DNA of 64,000 bases, taken from positions 56,074 through 120,073 of the IMG/VR virus record IMGVR_UViG_3300009155_000044; one strand, 5' to 3'. This document shows positions 30,178 to 40,210 of the stretch, piece by piece (positions within the stretch are counted from its first letter, which is position 1; each line of letters begins with the position of its first letter). The notes below the pieces were generated by a model. That model searched no databases. It had not been told where the DNA came from and worked only from the letters and a program-made list of their open reading frames with translations. A program made the position numbers and the translations under genes. This DNA comes from a virus.

Positions 30178-30921
30178 GTGTCAGTTATTTTTACTTCTTA
30201 CTTCTCTCTCAAGAAGCATCCTAATGATCCTAATGATCGTTGGGTGATTGGTCGTCAAGCAGATGGCCGTGTCGCACAAAATGATTTTAAATATATTGAG
30301 TCTTGGTATAACTCAGTTAATGAGCTTTGTCTTGAGGGTCGTATTTTTTACGATAATTTATCTGATGAATTTTTAGAAAGATATACTACTAATAAAATTA
30401 AATTTATTAAAGTATTCCCATCAGATTACTCTAATAATGATTGGAGATTTTTTTGCTATCGAAATTTTTTAGAAGAAAATAAATTTGATAATATTTTTCT
30501 TACTGATGGATCCGATGTCATAGTTGTTCAAGATCCATCTAAAATAATTTCTTCATTTCCTAGCACAGATTTATTTGTATGTAAAGACAGCATGTCTCTT
30601 AGTGAGTTTAATTATTTAGAATTGCATAAGCAAGCTAGATGGGATGATTATGTTTTATTTGCTATAATGGCAAGCAGATGGGACTTAATCAATATGGGTG
30701 TAATTGGCGGGAATTACGATAACATAATGTCATTTTTAAATAAATTTTGTGAAACAAGAGTAAAATTAGGAGCACCAGAGTTTAATTCTGATATGTGGAC
30801 TGGACAATATGTATTTAGACATCTTTTATCTGAAAAATCTCTATTAATAGGGGATCCATTTACTAGTAATTTTAAAAAATATGAAAATGATAGAAAGGAT
30901 GTATATTTTATACATAAATGA
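30178..30921 (+). CDS. Putative GT-A glycosyltransferase
   Basis: IFLTDGSDV (DxxD-type) and INMGVIGG motifs; first gene of glycan island. Confidence 0.5.
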   Translation: MSVIFTSYFSLKKHPNDPNDRWVIGRQADGRVAQNDFKYIESWYNSVNELCLEGRIFYDNLSDEFLERYTTNKIKFIKVFPSDYSNNDWRFFCYRNFLEENKFDNIFLTDGSDVIVVQDPSKIISSFPSTDLFVCKDSMSLSEFNYLELHKQARWDDYVLFAIMASRWDLINMGVIGGNYDNIMSFLNKFCETRVKLGAPEFNSDMWTGQYVFRHLLSEKSLLIGDPFTSNFKKYENDRKDVYFIHK

Positions 30922-31730
30922 AAAAACATATTTATCCATATATTATTGGTGGTCTCGGTAATATTTTATTTCAAATTGCTTGTATTTATGCATATGCATT
31001 AAAAAATAATTTAGATCCATTTTTATCTGAATCTTTATATATACAGACTAATCATCCTCATTTAAATACATATAAATGTAATTTTTTATCTAAATTAAAT
31101 TTTAAAGATTCAAATAAAGATTTTAAAATTTTAAAAGAAAAAACTTATAGGTATATCGATATTCCATCATATAATGATGATTTAATTTTTAGAGGATGTT
31201 TTCATAGCGAAAAATATTTTTTAAATTTTAAAAATGAAATTCTATCTTTATTTTCTTATGAAGATATAGAATTAAATAAAAAATATCAAGATATATTAAA
31301 TTTAAATAACACATGCTCACTTCATGTCAGGAGAGGTGATTACTTAACGCTTCCTCAAAACTATCCAATCCATGATGCTTGTTATTATAAAGAAGCTATT
31401 AAACATTTTAATAATGATACAATATTTATTGTATTTTCTAATGATATAGAATGGTGTAAAAATAATTTAAATAAATTATCATTAAATAAATTTATTTTCA
31501 TAGATAATAATAAAGATTATGAAGATTTATACTTAATGAGTAAATGTAAAAATAATATAATTACAAATTCTACATTTAGTTGGTGGGGGGCTTATTTAAA
31601 TCAAAATCAAAATAAAAAAATAATTGCACCTAAAATTTGGTTTAAAGATAATTATTTAAATGAAATATGTTTAAATAATACAAATGGATTTTTAGAAGAC
31701 TTAATACCCGAATCATGGATAACAATATAA
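30918..31730 (+). CDS. Alpha-1,2-fucosyltransferase (GT11)
   Basis: GGLGNILFQ, HVRRGDYL, FSNDIEWCK, DLYLMSKCKNNIITNSTFSWWGAYL. Confidence 0.92.
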   Translation: MKKHIYPYIIGGLGNILFQIACIYAYALKNNLDPFLSESLYIQTNHPHLNTYKCNFLSKLNFKDSNKDFKILKEKTYRYIDIPSYNDDLIFRGCFHSEKYFLNFKNEILSLFSYEDIELNKKYQDILNLNNTCSLHVRRGDYLTLPQNYPIHDACYYKEAIKHFNNDTIFIVFSNDIEWCKNNLNKLSLNKFIFIDNNKDYEDLYLMSKCKNNIITNSTFSWWGAYLNQNQNKKIIAPKIWFKDNYLNEICLNNTNGFLEDLIPESWITI

Positions 31731-32431
31731 AAATTGCAATATTAACAATAGCTACAAATAATTATAAAGATTTTTTAAATCCATTAATTGAATCTATTCA
31801 AGATAAATTTTTACCATTAAATACAAAAGATATTTTTGTATTTGCTGATAAAGATACAGTGTCTGATAAATATTCAAATGTAATATTTAATCAAATACAA
31901 CACGAACCTTGGCCGTTCATCACGTTAAAAAGATTTCATTATTTTGAAAAAGTATTGAAAGATTTAACTGATTATGATATGGTTATATATTTTGATTGTG
32001 ATTTAGAAGTTATTCAAAATATTAATGAATTTCCTGTATGCAGTTTATTCGGAGTAATGCATCCAGGAATTTATGCATATGGTAAAATGTGGGACATTGA
32101 GACAAATCCACAATCAACTGCATATATTTCTCTAGAAAATGAAGGTATTTATCATCAGGGATGTTTTTGGGGTGGATCATCTAATGAAATATGTAAAATG
32201 ATTTCTGAATTAAAAAATAATACACAAATAGATTTAGCTAATAATATTATAGCAAAATGGCATGATGAATCTCATTTAAATTCTTACTTATTTAAAAATA
32301 AAAATAAATTAATTACGATTTCATCATCATATTGTTATCCAGAAAATTGGGAACTTCCTATTGAAAAAATAATTATACATAAAGAAAAAAATATCAATCA
32401 ATATCCAAAATTTCCAGGAATAAATAAATAG
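31715..32431 (+). CDS. GT6 (ABO blood-group-type) glycosyltransferase
   Basis: IATNNY, WPFITLKRF, YFDCD (DxD), HPG, YHQGCFWGG, AKWHDESHLN. Confidence 0.88.
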   Translation: MDNNIKIAILTIATNNYKDFLNPLIESIQDKFLPLNTKDIFVFADKDTVSDKYSNVIFNQIQHEPWPFITLKRFHYFEKVLKDLTDYDMVIYFDCDLEVIQNINEFPVCSLFGVMHPGIYAYGKMWDIETNPQSTAYISLENEGIYHQGCFWGGSSNEICKMISELKNNTQIDLANNIIAKWHDESHLNSYLFKNKNKLITISSSYCYPENWELPIEKIIIHKEKNINQYPKFPGINK

Positions 32432-32467
32432 AATTAATAGAAAATAAATATATTATCAGTTAATATT

Positions 32468-33715
32468 ATGAAAAAAACAAACTGTAGAATATCAAATGAC
32501 GAACTAGTTGAGCTTTTTACATTAGGAAATTTATGCGTTTCCGATTTTCTTGATAACAATAATCAAGAAGCGGAAAAATTTGAACTAAAACTCATGATGT
32601 CAAAAAAATCTGGACTAGTACAACTTGAATCTGGAGTTGATCCAGATAAGATGTACGGTAGATACTGGTATAGATCTGGAACAAACGATACAATGAGAAA
32701 GCAACTTAAAAATATAGTTGACTCTTGCATCTATATAAAGAAAAATTATGAAAATAGTTTATGGCTAGATATTGCTTGTAATGATGGCACATTATTAAGT
32801 TTTATTCCAGATAACTTTAGCAAATTAGGGATTGATCCAGTTGAAGATTCATATGTTAAAGAAAGCTCTAAATTTGCAAATCAAATTATTCAAGATTATT
32901 TTTCTTTAGAAGCTTATAATAAAAGTATTTTTAAAAATAGAAAATGTGATATAATTACTTGTATTGCAATGTTTTATGATTTAGAAGATCCAATTTCATT
33001 CTTAAATGATATTAATAGCGTTTTAGCAGATGATGGATTATTTGTAGTGCAAATGAGTTATACGCCATTAATGGTCGAGCAATTAGCTTTTGATAATATT
33101 TGTCATGAACATCTAATGTATTATAATCTACACTCTATCAAATATTTACTTGAGAATAATGGATTTAAAATAGTTGACTGTGAACTAAATGATGTTAATG
33201 GTGGATCTTTCCGAGTTTATATACAAAAATCAAATGCGGACACAAGCTCATTTGCAACTGCTCCATATAGAGATGTAGCAAAATTTAGAGTTGAATCGCT
33301 ACTAAAATATGAACAAGATTTAGGTGTAATGTCAATTGATTACTATAAAAAGTTTTTTATTAAAATTGAAGATCTAAAAGAAAAAACCGTAAACTTTATT
33401 AAAGAGGAAAAAGCAAAAGGTAAATCTATTTGGATATATGGAGCATCAACAAAAGGAAATACTCTTTTACAATATTTTGGGCTTGATAATTCATTAATAG
33501 ATGGAGCGGCAGAAAGAAGTCTTTATAAATTTGGACTTAGAACTATTGCTACAGATATTCCAATTTATTCAGAACAAGAGATGAGAGATAAAAAGCCAGA
33601 TTATTTATTAGTATTACCATGGCATTTTATAGATGAATTTAAAGCAAGAGAAAGTGAATTTCTAAAAAATGGTGGTAAATTTATAGTTCCTTGTCCAAAA
33701 TTTGAAATAATTTAA
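32468..33715 (+). CDS. NDP-sugar C-methyltransferase (Methyltransf_13/14 architecture)
   Basis: LDIACNDGTLL, DNICHEHLMYY, VNGGSFR, YGASTKGNTLLQY, YLLVLPWHF. Confidence 0.88.
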   Translation: MKKTNCRISNDELVELFTLGNLCVSDFLDNNNQEAEKFELKLMMSKKSGLVQLESGVDPDKMYGRYWYRSGTNDTMRKQLKNIVDSCIYIKKNYENSLWLDIACNDGTLLSFIPDNFSKLGIDPVEDSYVKESSKFANQIIQDYFSLEAYNKSIFKNRKCDIITCIAMFYDLEDPISFLNDINSVLADDGLFVVQMSYTPLMVEQLAFDNICHEHLMYYNLHSIKYLLENNGFKIVDCELNDVNGGSFRVYIQKSNADTSSFATAPYRDVAKFRVESLLKYEQDLGVMSIDYYKKFFIKIEDLKEKTVNFIKEEKAKGKSIWIYGASTKGNTLLQYFGLDNSLIDGAAERSLYKFGLRTIATDIPIYSEQEMRDKKPDYLLVLPWHFIDEFKARESEFLKNGGKFIVPCPKFEII

Positions 33716-33717
33716 TT

Positions 33718-34341
33718 ATGAAAACTTTTTACGCAGAAGATAACACTGATCAAATAGCAAGAGACAAATATTTCCCAGATTATTCTTACAAAGGCACTAT
33801 TGTAGAAATTGGAGCAGCTACTCCTGTTTTTTTGTCTATGACAAAGCATTTTAAAGATAATGGATGGAGAGCAGTTCACGTAGAACCAAATCCTCGTTTT
33901 ATACAAAATCATTTAGATGCTCAAAATGAAATATATCCTTATGCTTGTGGAAAAAATGACAAAGATAATGTTGATTTTACTATAGTATGCGTGAATAATG
34001 GAGAAGTTACAGATCACTCATTTTCTTCTTTTGAAATAAAAGAAGCGTATAGAAACTCAAACCCAGAGTGGGTTGATTCTTTACCAAAATCAAAAATAAA
34101 AGTAAATTCTAGAAAGCTAGATTCTATTATTGAAGAGGCAAAAATTGATAGTATAGATATACTTTCTGTAGATACAGAGGGATGGGAGTTAGAGGTAATG
34201 GAGGGATTATCTAAAATCGAACCAACCTTGATCATTTTAGAAAATCTTTTTAATTTAAAATCGTATGCGGACTATATGGAAATGCGAAATTATAAACTAG
34301 ACCATATTCAAGGTATCAATCATTTTTATATTAAAAAATAA
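33718..34341 (+). CDS. FkbM-family SAM methyltransferase
   Basis: VEIGAA, VEPNP, IDILSVDTEGWELEVMEG. Confidence 0.8.
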   Translation: MKTFYAEDNTDQIARDKYFPDYSYKGTIVEIGAATPVFLSMTKHFKDNGWRAVHVEPNPRFIQNHLDAQNEIYPYACGKNDKDNVDFTIVCVNNGEVTDHSFSSFEIKEAYRNSNPEWVDSLPKSKIKVNSRKLDSIIEEAKIDSIDILSVDTEGWELEVMEGLSKIEPTLIILENLFNLKSYADYMEMRNYKLDHIQGINHFYIKK

Positions 34342-34943
34342 TGTTTTACTCAGATGCATCTCAAGATCAATTTGTTGCCAATATGTTTGGTTTTAAACAA
34401 AATGGATTTTATTTAGATATTGGAAGCTGTGGCGCTTATGGCGCTAATAATTCAGCATATTTTGAGACTTTAAATTGGAAAGGAATATGTGTAGAAATCA
34501 ATGAACATTGGAATTCGTCATATAATAGCAGATCATGTTTTTATGTAAATAAAAATGCTTTAGAATTAGACTATCTTAAATTACTTCAAGAAACATCTGC
34601 ACCTCAGTCTATTGATTATTTATCAATGGATATAGATACCTTAAGTTTAGAGTGTTTATCAAAACTCCCCCATGATGAATATAGATTTAAAATAATAACT
34701 ATAGAGCATGATCATTATTTATATGGAGATGAATATAGAGAAAAACAAAGAGATTTTTTAACAAAATTAAATTATAAATTAATTTGCTCTGATGTTTTAG
34801 TGCCGCCCAATCTTATTCAAAGGGAAAACTGCTCTTTTGAAGATTGGTGGATCGATGAACAGCATTTTGATAATGCATTAATTGAAAAAATTAATTCATT
34901 TAATTTATATCCTCATGGAATAATTCAAAAATTTATTAAATAA
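34341..34943 (+). CDS. FkbM-like SAM methyltransferase
   Basis: SQDQFV, GFYLDIGS, NWKGICVE, IDYLSMDID, ITIEHD, EDWW. Confidence 0.75.
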   Translation: MFYSDASQDQFVANMFGFKQNGFYLDIGSCGAYGANNSAYFETLNWKGICVEINEHWNSSYNSRSCFYVNKNALELDYLKLLQETSAPQSIDYLSMDIDTLSLECLSKLPHDEYRFKIITIEHDHYLYGDEYREKQRDFLTKLNYKLICSDVLVPPNLIQRENCSFEDWWIDEQHFDNALIEKINSFNLYPHGIIQKFIK

Positions 34944-34947
34944 TAAA

Positions 34948-35943
34948 ATGAATCTTGAATCATTGAAGAAAAATTATAAAGTTATAGTTTGGGGGTTTAA
35001 ACCTAATAACGGTTACCTTGAAAATACAATATCATATGTTTGGGAATCATTTTATAATGCATTTAAATATTTAGGATTTGAAACATATTGGTTTGCAGAT
35101 GAAAAAATAGATAATTTTGATTTTTCAAATTGTATTTTTTTAGTTGAAGCTTATCAAGATAAATACATCCCATTAGAAAAAACGTCTATATATTATGTGC
35201 ATTGCGCATATAATCCAGCTAAATATGTTAATAATGTAGGTAAATTTATAGATATGAGGTATAATTTAAATAAAATTAATCATCCAAATTATATTTATGA
35301 AATAGATAAAAATAAATTAAATAAATTAAATAAAGGTTGCTATTATGAAGAGTCAACAAATAAAATTATTAGATTAACAAATGGCAGGGTTGATTATAAT
35401 ATTGATGATTTTGATAAGCTATATATTAGTTGGGCAACTAATTTGATGCCAAATGAAATTAATGAAGATGATATTTATTTAGAAAGAGAAAATAAAATAT
35501 ATTTTTTAGGTACATTATCATCAGATGGCATTTATTCAAATATAGATTTAATTAATGAATTTGCAAATGAATCAAGAAAAAATAATATAGAATTTATTAT
35601 AAATAATTTTAATCATAATCAATTATCTAATAAAGATTATATGGCATTGTGCAAAAAATCTTTATTAGGTTTTGATGTTAGATGTAAAGCTCATGTTGAT
35701 TGGGGTCATACTCCATGTAGAATATATAAAAATATAAGTTATGGTCATTTAGGCATCACTAACTCATTAGAGGTTTATAAAGAATTAGATGGAAATTGTA
35801 TATATAATCCAAATATTTCTGAATTATTTTATGATTCGATGAATAAAAAAAATGATTATGATTTTATAAGACAATCATTATTGTATGTAAAAAATCATCA
35901 TACATATGTTCATAGAGTTGAAAGCATGTTAATAATACTTTAA
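34948..35943 (+). CDS. Putative GT-B glycosyltransferase
   Basis: TISYVWESFYNAFKYLG, PCRIYKNISYG, HHTYVHRV (CgeB-like C-terminus). Confidence 0.55.
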   Translation: MNLESLKKNYKVIVWGFKPNNGYLENTISYVWESFYNAFKYLGFETYWFADEKIDNFDFSNCIFLVEAYQDKYIPLEKTSIYYVHCAYNPAKYVNNVGKFIDMRYNLNKINHPNYIYEIDKNKLNKLNKGCYYEESTNKIIRLTNGRVDYNIDDFDKLYISWATNLMPNEINEDDIYLERENKIYFLGTLSSDGIYSNIDLINEFANESRKNNIEFIINNFNHNQLSNKDYMALCKKSLLGFDVRCKAHVDWGHTPCRIYKNISYGHLGITNSLEVYKELDGNCIYNPNISELFYDSMNKKNDYDFIRQSLLYVKNHHTYVHRVESMLIIL

Positions 35944-35947
35944 TTAT

Positions 35948-36670
35948 ATGAAAGTCGCGATTTGCCTTTCGGGCCAAACTAGAGATATAGAAAATACTTT
36001 AGAAAATATTAAAACTTCTTGGTTTGGATTTAATGATTTAGATTTTTTTATACATACATGGCATTATAATAAAAATAAATCATATAGAGTAGATACTCCA
36101 TCTGATATAATTGAATCTAAAATAGATTATATAATTCAAAAATTATCGCCTAAATTAATAGTTATAGAGTCTGAAAAAATTTTTAATAAAGTTTATAAAA
36201 ATTCAATAAATTGGAATTGTTTTCATCCTACTAAAAATCCCAATCCATCTCAAAATATTCAATCTATGTTTTATTCAATTTATAAATCTAATGAATTAAA
36301 AAAACAATATGAAAAAGATAATAATTTTAAATATGATTGTGTTATACGATGTAGATTTGATTATTTTTTTACTAAAAAATATGATTTAAATAATTTTAAT
36401 TTTAATTTTTTAAATATTAAAAGCGATTGCAATCATACTCCATATGCTATTAATGATCATTTAGCATTATCAAATAGTCAAATCATGGATATATATAGTG
36501 ATATCTATAATAATATAGATCATTATTATAATAAAGGTATTGAATTTAATCCTGAAGTTATATTAGGTTATCACATTCAAATAAATAATATAAATACTAT
36601 AAAATCACTAGGTTCTGATGAATCTTACGTATCAACTAAAGAGCAAAGAAGGGTAAATTTTTTTAAATAA
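35948..36670 (+). CDS. Putative glycosyltransferase
   Basis: KVAICLSGQTR, DFFIHTW, SMFYSI, YDCVIRCRFD, NDHLA, PEVIL. Confidence 0.55.
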   Translation: MKVAICLSGQTRDIENTLENIKTSWFGFNDLDFFIHTWHYNKNKSYRVDTPSDIIESKIDYIIQKLSPKLIVIESEKIFNKVYKNSINWNCFHPTKNPNPSQNIQSMFYSIYKSNELKKQYEKDNNFKYDCVIRCRFDYFFTKKYDLNNFNFNFLNIKSDCNHTPYAINDHLALSNSQIMDIYSDIYNNIDHYYNKGIEFNPEVILGYHIQINNINTIKSLGSDESYVSTKEQRRVNFFK

Positions 36671-36673
36671 AAT

Positions 36674-38545
36674 ATGAATATAATAATTCCAATATGTGGA
36701 ATAGGTGAAAGATTTTCTGAAGAAAATTATAATCTTCCAAAGCCATTAATTAAATCATTAGGCAAACCCATAATATATTGGACATTAGAAAATTTAAAAA
36801 TAGATAAAAATGATAAAGTTTTTATTGTATATAGAGATGAATTTAAAAAATTTAATTTTGAAAGTTTACTAATTAATAAATTTAGAAAATTAAATTTTCA
36901 ATTTATACCAATTAAAAATAATACGACAGGAGCTTCTGAAACAGTTTATCATGCTTTAGAAAAAATGACTGAAGATGAATTATTAAATTTAACAATTGTT
37001 ATTGATTCTGATAATTTTTATAATGATGATATTATTACTGAAGCTAAAAATAAAAAAACAAATTTAATATTTTATCATAAAGATTTAGATAAAAATCCAA
37101 TTTATTCATATATAAAAATAGATTCTCAATCAAAAGTTTTAGATATTAAAGAAAAAGAAAAAATCTCAGATAATATTTGCGTTGGAGCGTACTGTTTTGA
37201 AACAGCAAATCTATTAAAAAATTCTATAGAATTAATTTCAAAAGAAAAAAAATACGAAAAAGAATTTTATATATCATCAATTTATAAATTTTTAATTGAT
37301 AAAAATATTAGCATTTGTTCTGAAGAAGTATTAGGATTTAATTGCTTAGGAACTCCAAATCAATTAAAATCATTTTCATCAACTTTTACAATTAATAATA
37401 AAAAATGCAGATTTTGTTTTGATTTGGATAATACATTAGTTACATATCCAGAAATAGAAGGTGACTACACAAGTGTTAAACCAATAAATAAAACAATAAA
37501 TTTTTTAAATTTTTTACATTCTCTTGGTCATACAATAATTATATATACAGCTAGAAGAATGAAGACTCATTTAGGTAATGTTGGAAAAGTTCAAGCTGAT
37601 ATTGCAAAAATTACAATTGATTCTCTTGAAAAATTTAATATAAATTATGATGAAATTTATTTTGGGAAACCTTATGCTGATTTTTATATTGATGATTTAT
37701 CATTAAAACCTTTTGATGATTTAGAAAAGGAAACTGGATTTTATAATATTCATCCACAAACAAGAAATCATAATAAAATTGAAGTATTTCAAGATTTTAT
37801 TATTAAATATTCAAAAAATATAGATGGTGAAAAATATTATTATCAAAATATACCAGAAAGCTCTAAAAATTTATTTCCTAAATTAATTGATTACGGTGAA
37901 AATTTTATAAAATTAGAAAAAATTAATGGTATACCATTATCTTTTTTAAATACAAATAATAGTTTAAATGAAAATATTTTAATTAGTTTATTTGATAAAA
38001 TTAATGAATTACATCAATCCTACAATGATGAAAATATTAATATATATTTAAATTATTATAAAAAATTTATAAATAGAATAGAAAATTATGATTTTTCAAA
38101 TTATAAAAATTACGAAAAAAATAAAAATCAAATTTTAGAATTTTTAAAAGAATATGAATTTCAAAATAAAGGAAAAATTGGCATCATACATGGAGATTTA
38201 GTTTTTACGAATATACTTATTGATAATAAAAATAATTTAAAAATGATAGACATGAGGGGAAAAGTTGGTAATCAATTATCTATTTGTGGAGACCTATTTT
38301 ATGATTGGTCAAAAATCTATCAATCAATAATTGGATATGATCATATATTAATGGATAAAGAAATTGATAAAAATTATATAGATAAAAATAAATTAATATT
38401 TGAAAAATATATTATTTTAAAATTTAATCAAGAAACTTTAAAAGATATTAAAGAAATTACAAAAAGTCTATTATTGTCTTTGATACCAATTCATAATAAT
38501 GAAAAATGTATTAAATATTATAATTTAATAGAAAATATATCATGA
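36674..38545 (+). CDS. Nucleotidyltransferase + HAD phosphatase + APH/choline-kinase-like trifunctional protein
   Basis: GIGERF...PKPLI; CFDLDNTL...GKPYADFYIDD; HGDLVFTNIL...IDMRG. Confidence 0.85.
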   Translation: MNIIIPICGIGERFSEENYNLPKPLIKSLGKPIIYWTLENLKIDKNDKVFIVYRDEFKKFNFESLLINKFRKLNFQFIPIKNNTTGASETVYHALEKMTEDELLNLTIVIDSDNFYNDDIITEAKNKKTNLIFYHKDLDKNPIYSYIKIDSQSKVLDIKEKEKISDNICVGAYCFETANLLKNSIELISKEKKYEKEFYISSIYKFLIDKNISICSEEVLGFNCLGTPNQLKSFSSTFTINNKKCRFCFDLDNTLVTYPEIEGDYTSVKPINKTINFLNFLHSLGHTIIIYTARRMKTHLGNVGKVQADIAKITIDSLEKFNINYDEIYFGKPYADFYIDDLSLKPFDDLEKETGFYNIHPQTRNHNKIEVFQDFIIKYSKNIDGEKYYYQNIPESSKNLFPKLIDYGENFIKLEKINGIPLSFLNTNNSLNENILISLFDKINELHQSYNDENINIYLNYYKKFINRIENYDFSNYKNYEKNKNQILEFLKEYEFQNKGKIGIIHGDLVFTNILIDNKNNLKMIDMRGKVGNQLSICGDLFYDWSKIYQSIIGYDHILMDKEIDKNYIDKNKLIFEKYIILKFNQETLKDIKEITKSLLLSLIPIHNNEKCIKYYNLIENIS

Positions 38546-39210
38546 GTATATTAAAATATATCATGAGCATATTTATTGATTGTGGCACAAATTTCAAACA
38601 AGGATTACATGAAATTCAATCCTTACACACAGATATTCAAAAGACATATTCTTTTGAAGCAAACACATATGTATATGATTTATTAGATAAAAATGATGGC
38701 AATATATATTTTAATTTAGCAGTATCTGATAAAACAGGTTTTGCAACTTTCCATGCTGAAAGGTGTATTGGAATGATTCAAGGCGATATTTTACATGGTG
38801 AAGATAGATTTATAGGTGGTGGGAGCAGGCTACAAGAACCTAAGCATGGGGTAAGTACTCATTTTGATTCAAATAAAAATCAAACTATTGGCGGAAATAA
38901 ACAAACTAATAATATTGATGAGTTTATTGATGATATGTATGAGAAAATAACAATACCAACTATTAGATTAGTTGATTTTATTAAATATCTAAATCTTGAA
39001 AATAATTCTATAATTTTAAAATTAGATGTAGAGGGCGAAGAATATGCAATTCTTAAAGATATGAAGGAATCAAATATTTTTAATAAAATAAAAATATTAC
39101 ACGTTGAATGGCATGATTGGGCAAGAATGCCTGAATATGATAATGCATTAACTTGGGTTAATTATTTTACTGAAAATAAAATAGAATTTACTTCTCGCGG
39201 AATAGTGTGA
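38542..39210 (+). CDS. FkbM-family methyltransferase (true start may be 38563)
   Basis: FIDCGTN, FEAN, LKLDVEGEEYAIL, VEWH. Confidence 0.8.
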   Translation: MSILKYIMSIFIDCGTNFKQGLHEIQSLHTDIQKTYSFEANTYVYDLLDKNDGNIYFNLAVSDKTGFATFHAERCIGMIQGDILHGEDRFIGGGSRLQEPKHGVSTHFDSNKNQTIGGNKQTNNIDEFIDDMYEKITIPTIRLVDFIKYLNLENNSIILKLDVEGEEYAILKDMKESNIFNKIKILHVEWHDWARMPEYDNALTWVNYFTENKIEFTSRGIV

Positions 39211-39220
39211 TTAAAATATT

Positions 39221-40177
39221 ATGAAAATTTGTTTAGTAGCGCCTGGAATTATGCCTATTCCCCCAGATACTTGGGGGGCTGTAGAAATGATGTTATGGGA
39301 TTATTATAATATTTTAATAAAAAATAATATAGATGTTGATATTATTAATAGCCCATCTAGACTTGAAATTCTTCAAAAAGTAAACTCAGGAAATTATGAT
39401 GTAGTGCATATTCATTACGATGTATTTATTGATATTATTAATAGCATTCATTCAAAAGTAAAAATTATATCAAGTCATTATCCATTTATTAATAATCCAA
39501 ATCATTATCAAAATGATGGATATGATAGACTTATAAATCAAATTGCTAATAATAAAGATTTTCATATTTTTGCATCCTCTCAAAAAGATATTGATACTTT
39601 TATAAATTTTGGAGCGAAAAAAGAAAATACATTTTTAAGTAAATTAGGCGTAAGACATGAGCCATATTCTTTTTATGAAAAAGCAGAGTATGATAAAACT
39701 TTATGTTTTTCACAAATTGTTGATAGGAAAAGGCAGTATATAATCCAAGAGATTGAAAATATTGATTTTATGGGAAGGATATCTGATTCAAAATTTTATA
39801 ATTATAAAAATTATAAAGGAGAAGTCGCTAGAGAGTTTTTGAATCAAGAAATTTCTAAATATTCTAACTTTATTTTAATTAGTTCTATTGAAAATACTAC
39901 ACCATTAGCCCCAAAAGAAGCTTTAATGTGTGGATTAGGATTGGTTATTACTGAGTCGGTCGCCCACGAATTAGATACAAGTTTAGATTTTATTGATATA
40001 ATACCTGAAAATAAAATAAATGATCTTGACTTTATTAAAAAAATAATTGATAAAAATAAAAAAATATCAATAAATAAAAGACAAGAAATTAGGAAATATG
40101 CTATTGATAATTTTGGTCTTGAAAGTATTTTGATGAATTCTTATATTAAAAAAATAAAAAATCTTTTAAAATTATAA
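39221..40177 (+). CDS. GT4-like glycosyltransferase
   Basis: MKICLVAPGIMPIPPDTWGAVE; ENTTPLAPKEALMCGL. Confidence 0.8.
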   Translation: MKICLVAPGIMPIPPDTWGAVEMMLWDYYNILIKNNIDVDIINSPSRLEILQKVNSGNYDVVHIHYDVFIDIINSIHSKVKIISSHYPFINNPNHYQNDGYDRLINQIANNKDFHIFASSQKDIDTFINFGAKKENTFLSKLGVRHEPYSFYEKAEYDKTLCFSQIVDRKRQYIIQEIENIDFMGRISDSKFYNYKNYKGEVAREFLNQEISKYSNFILISSIENTTPLAPKEALMCGLGLVITESVAHELDTSLDFIDIIPENKINDLDFIKKIIDKNKKISINKRQEIRKYAIDNFGLESILMNSYIKKIKNLLKL

Positions 40178-40210
40178 AATTATATACAAAATAAAAGTTA
40201 AATTTTTAAT

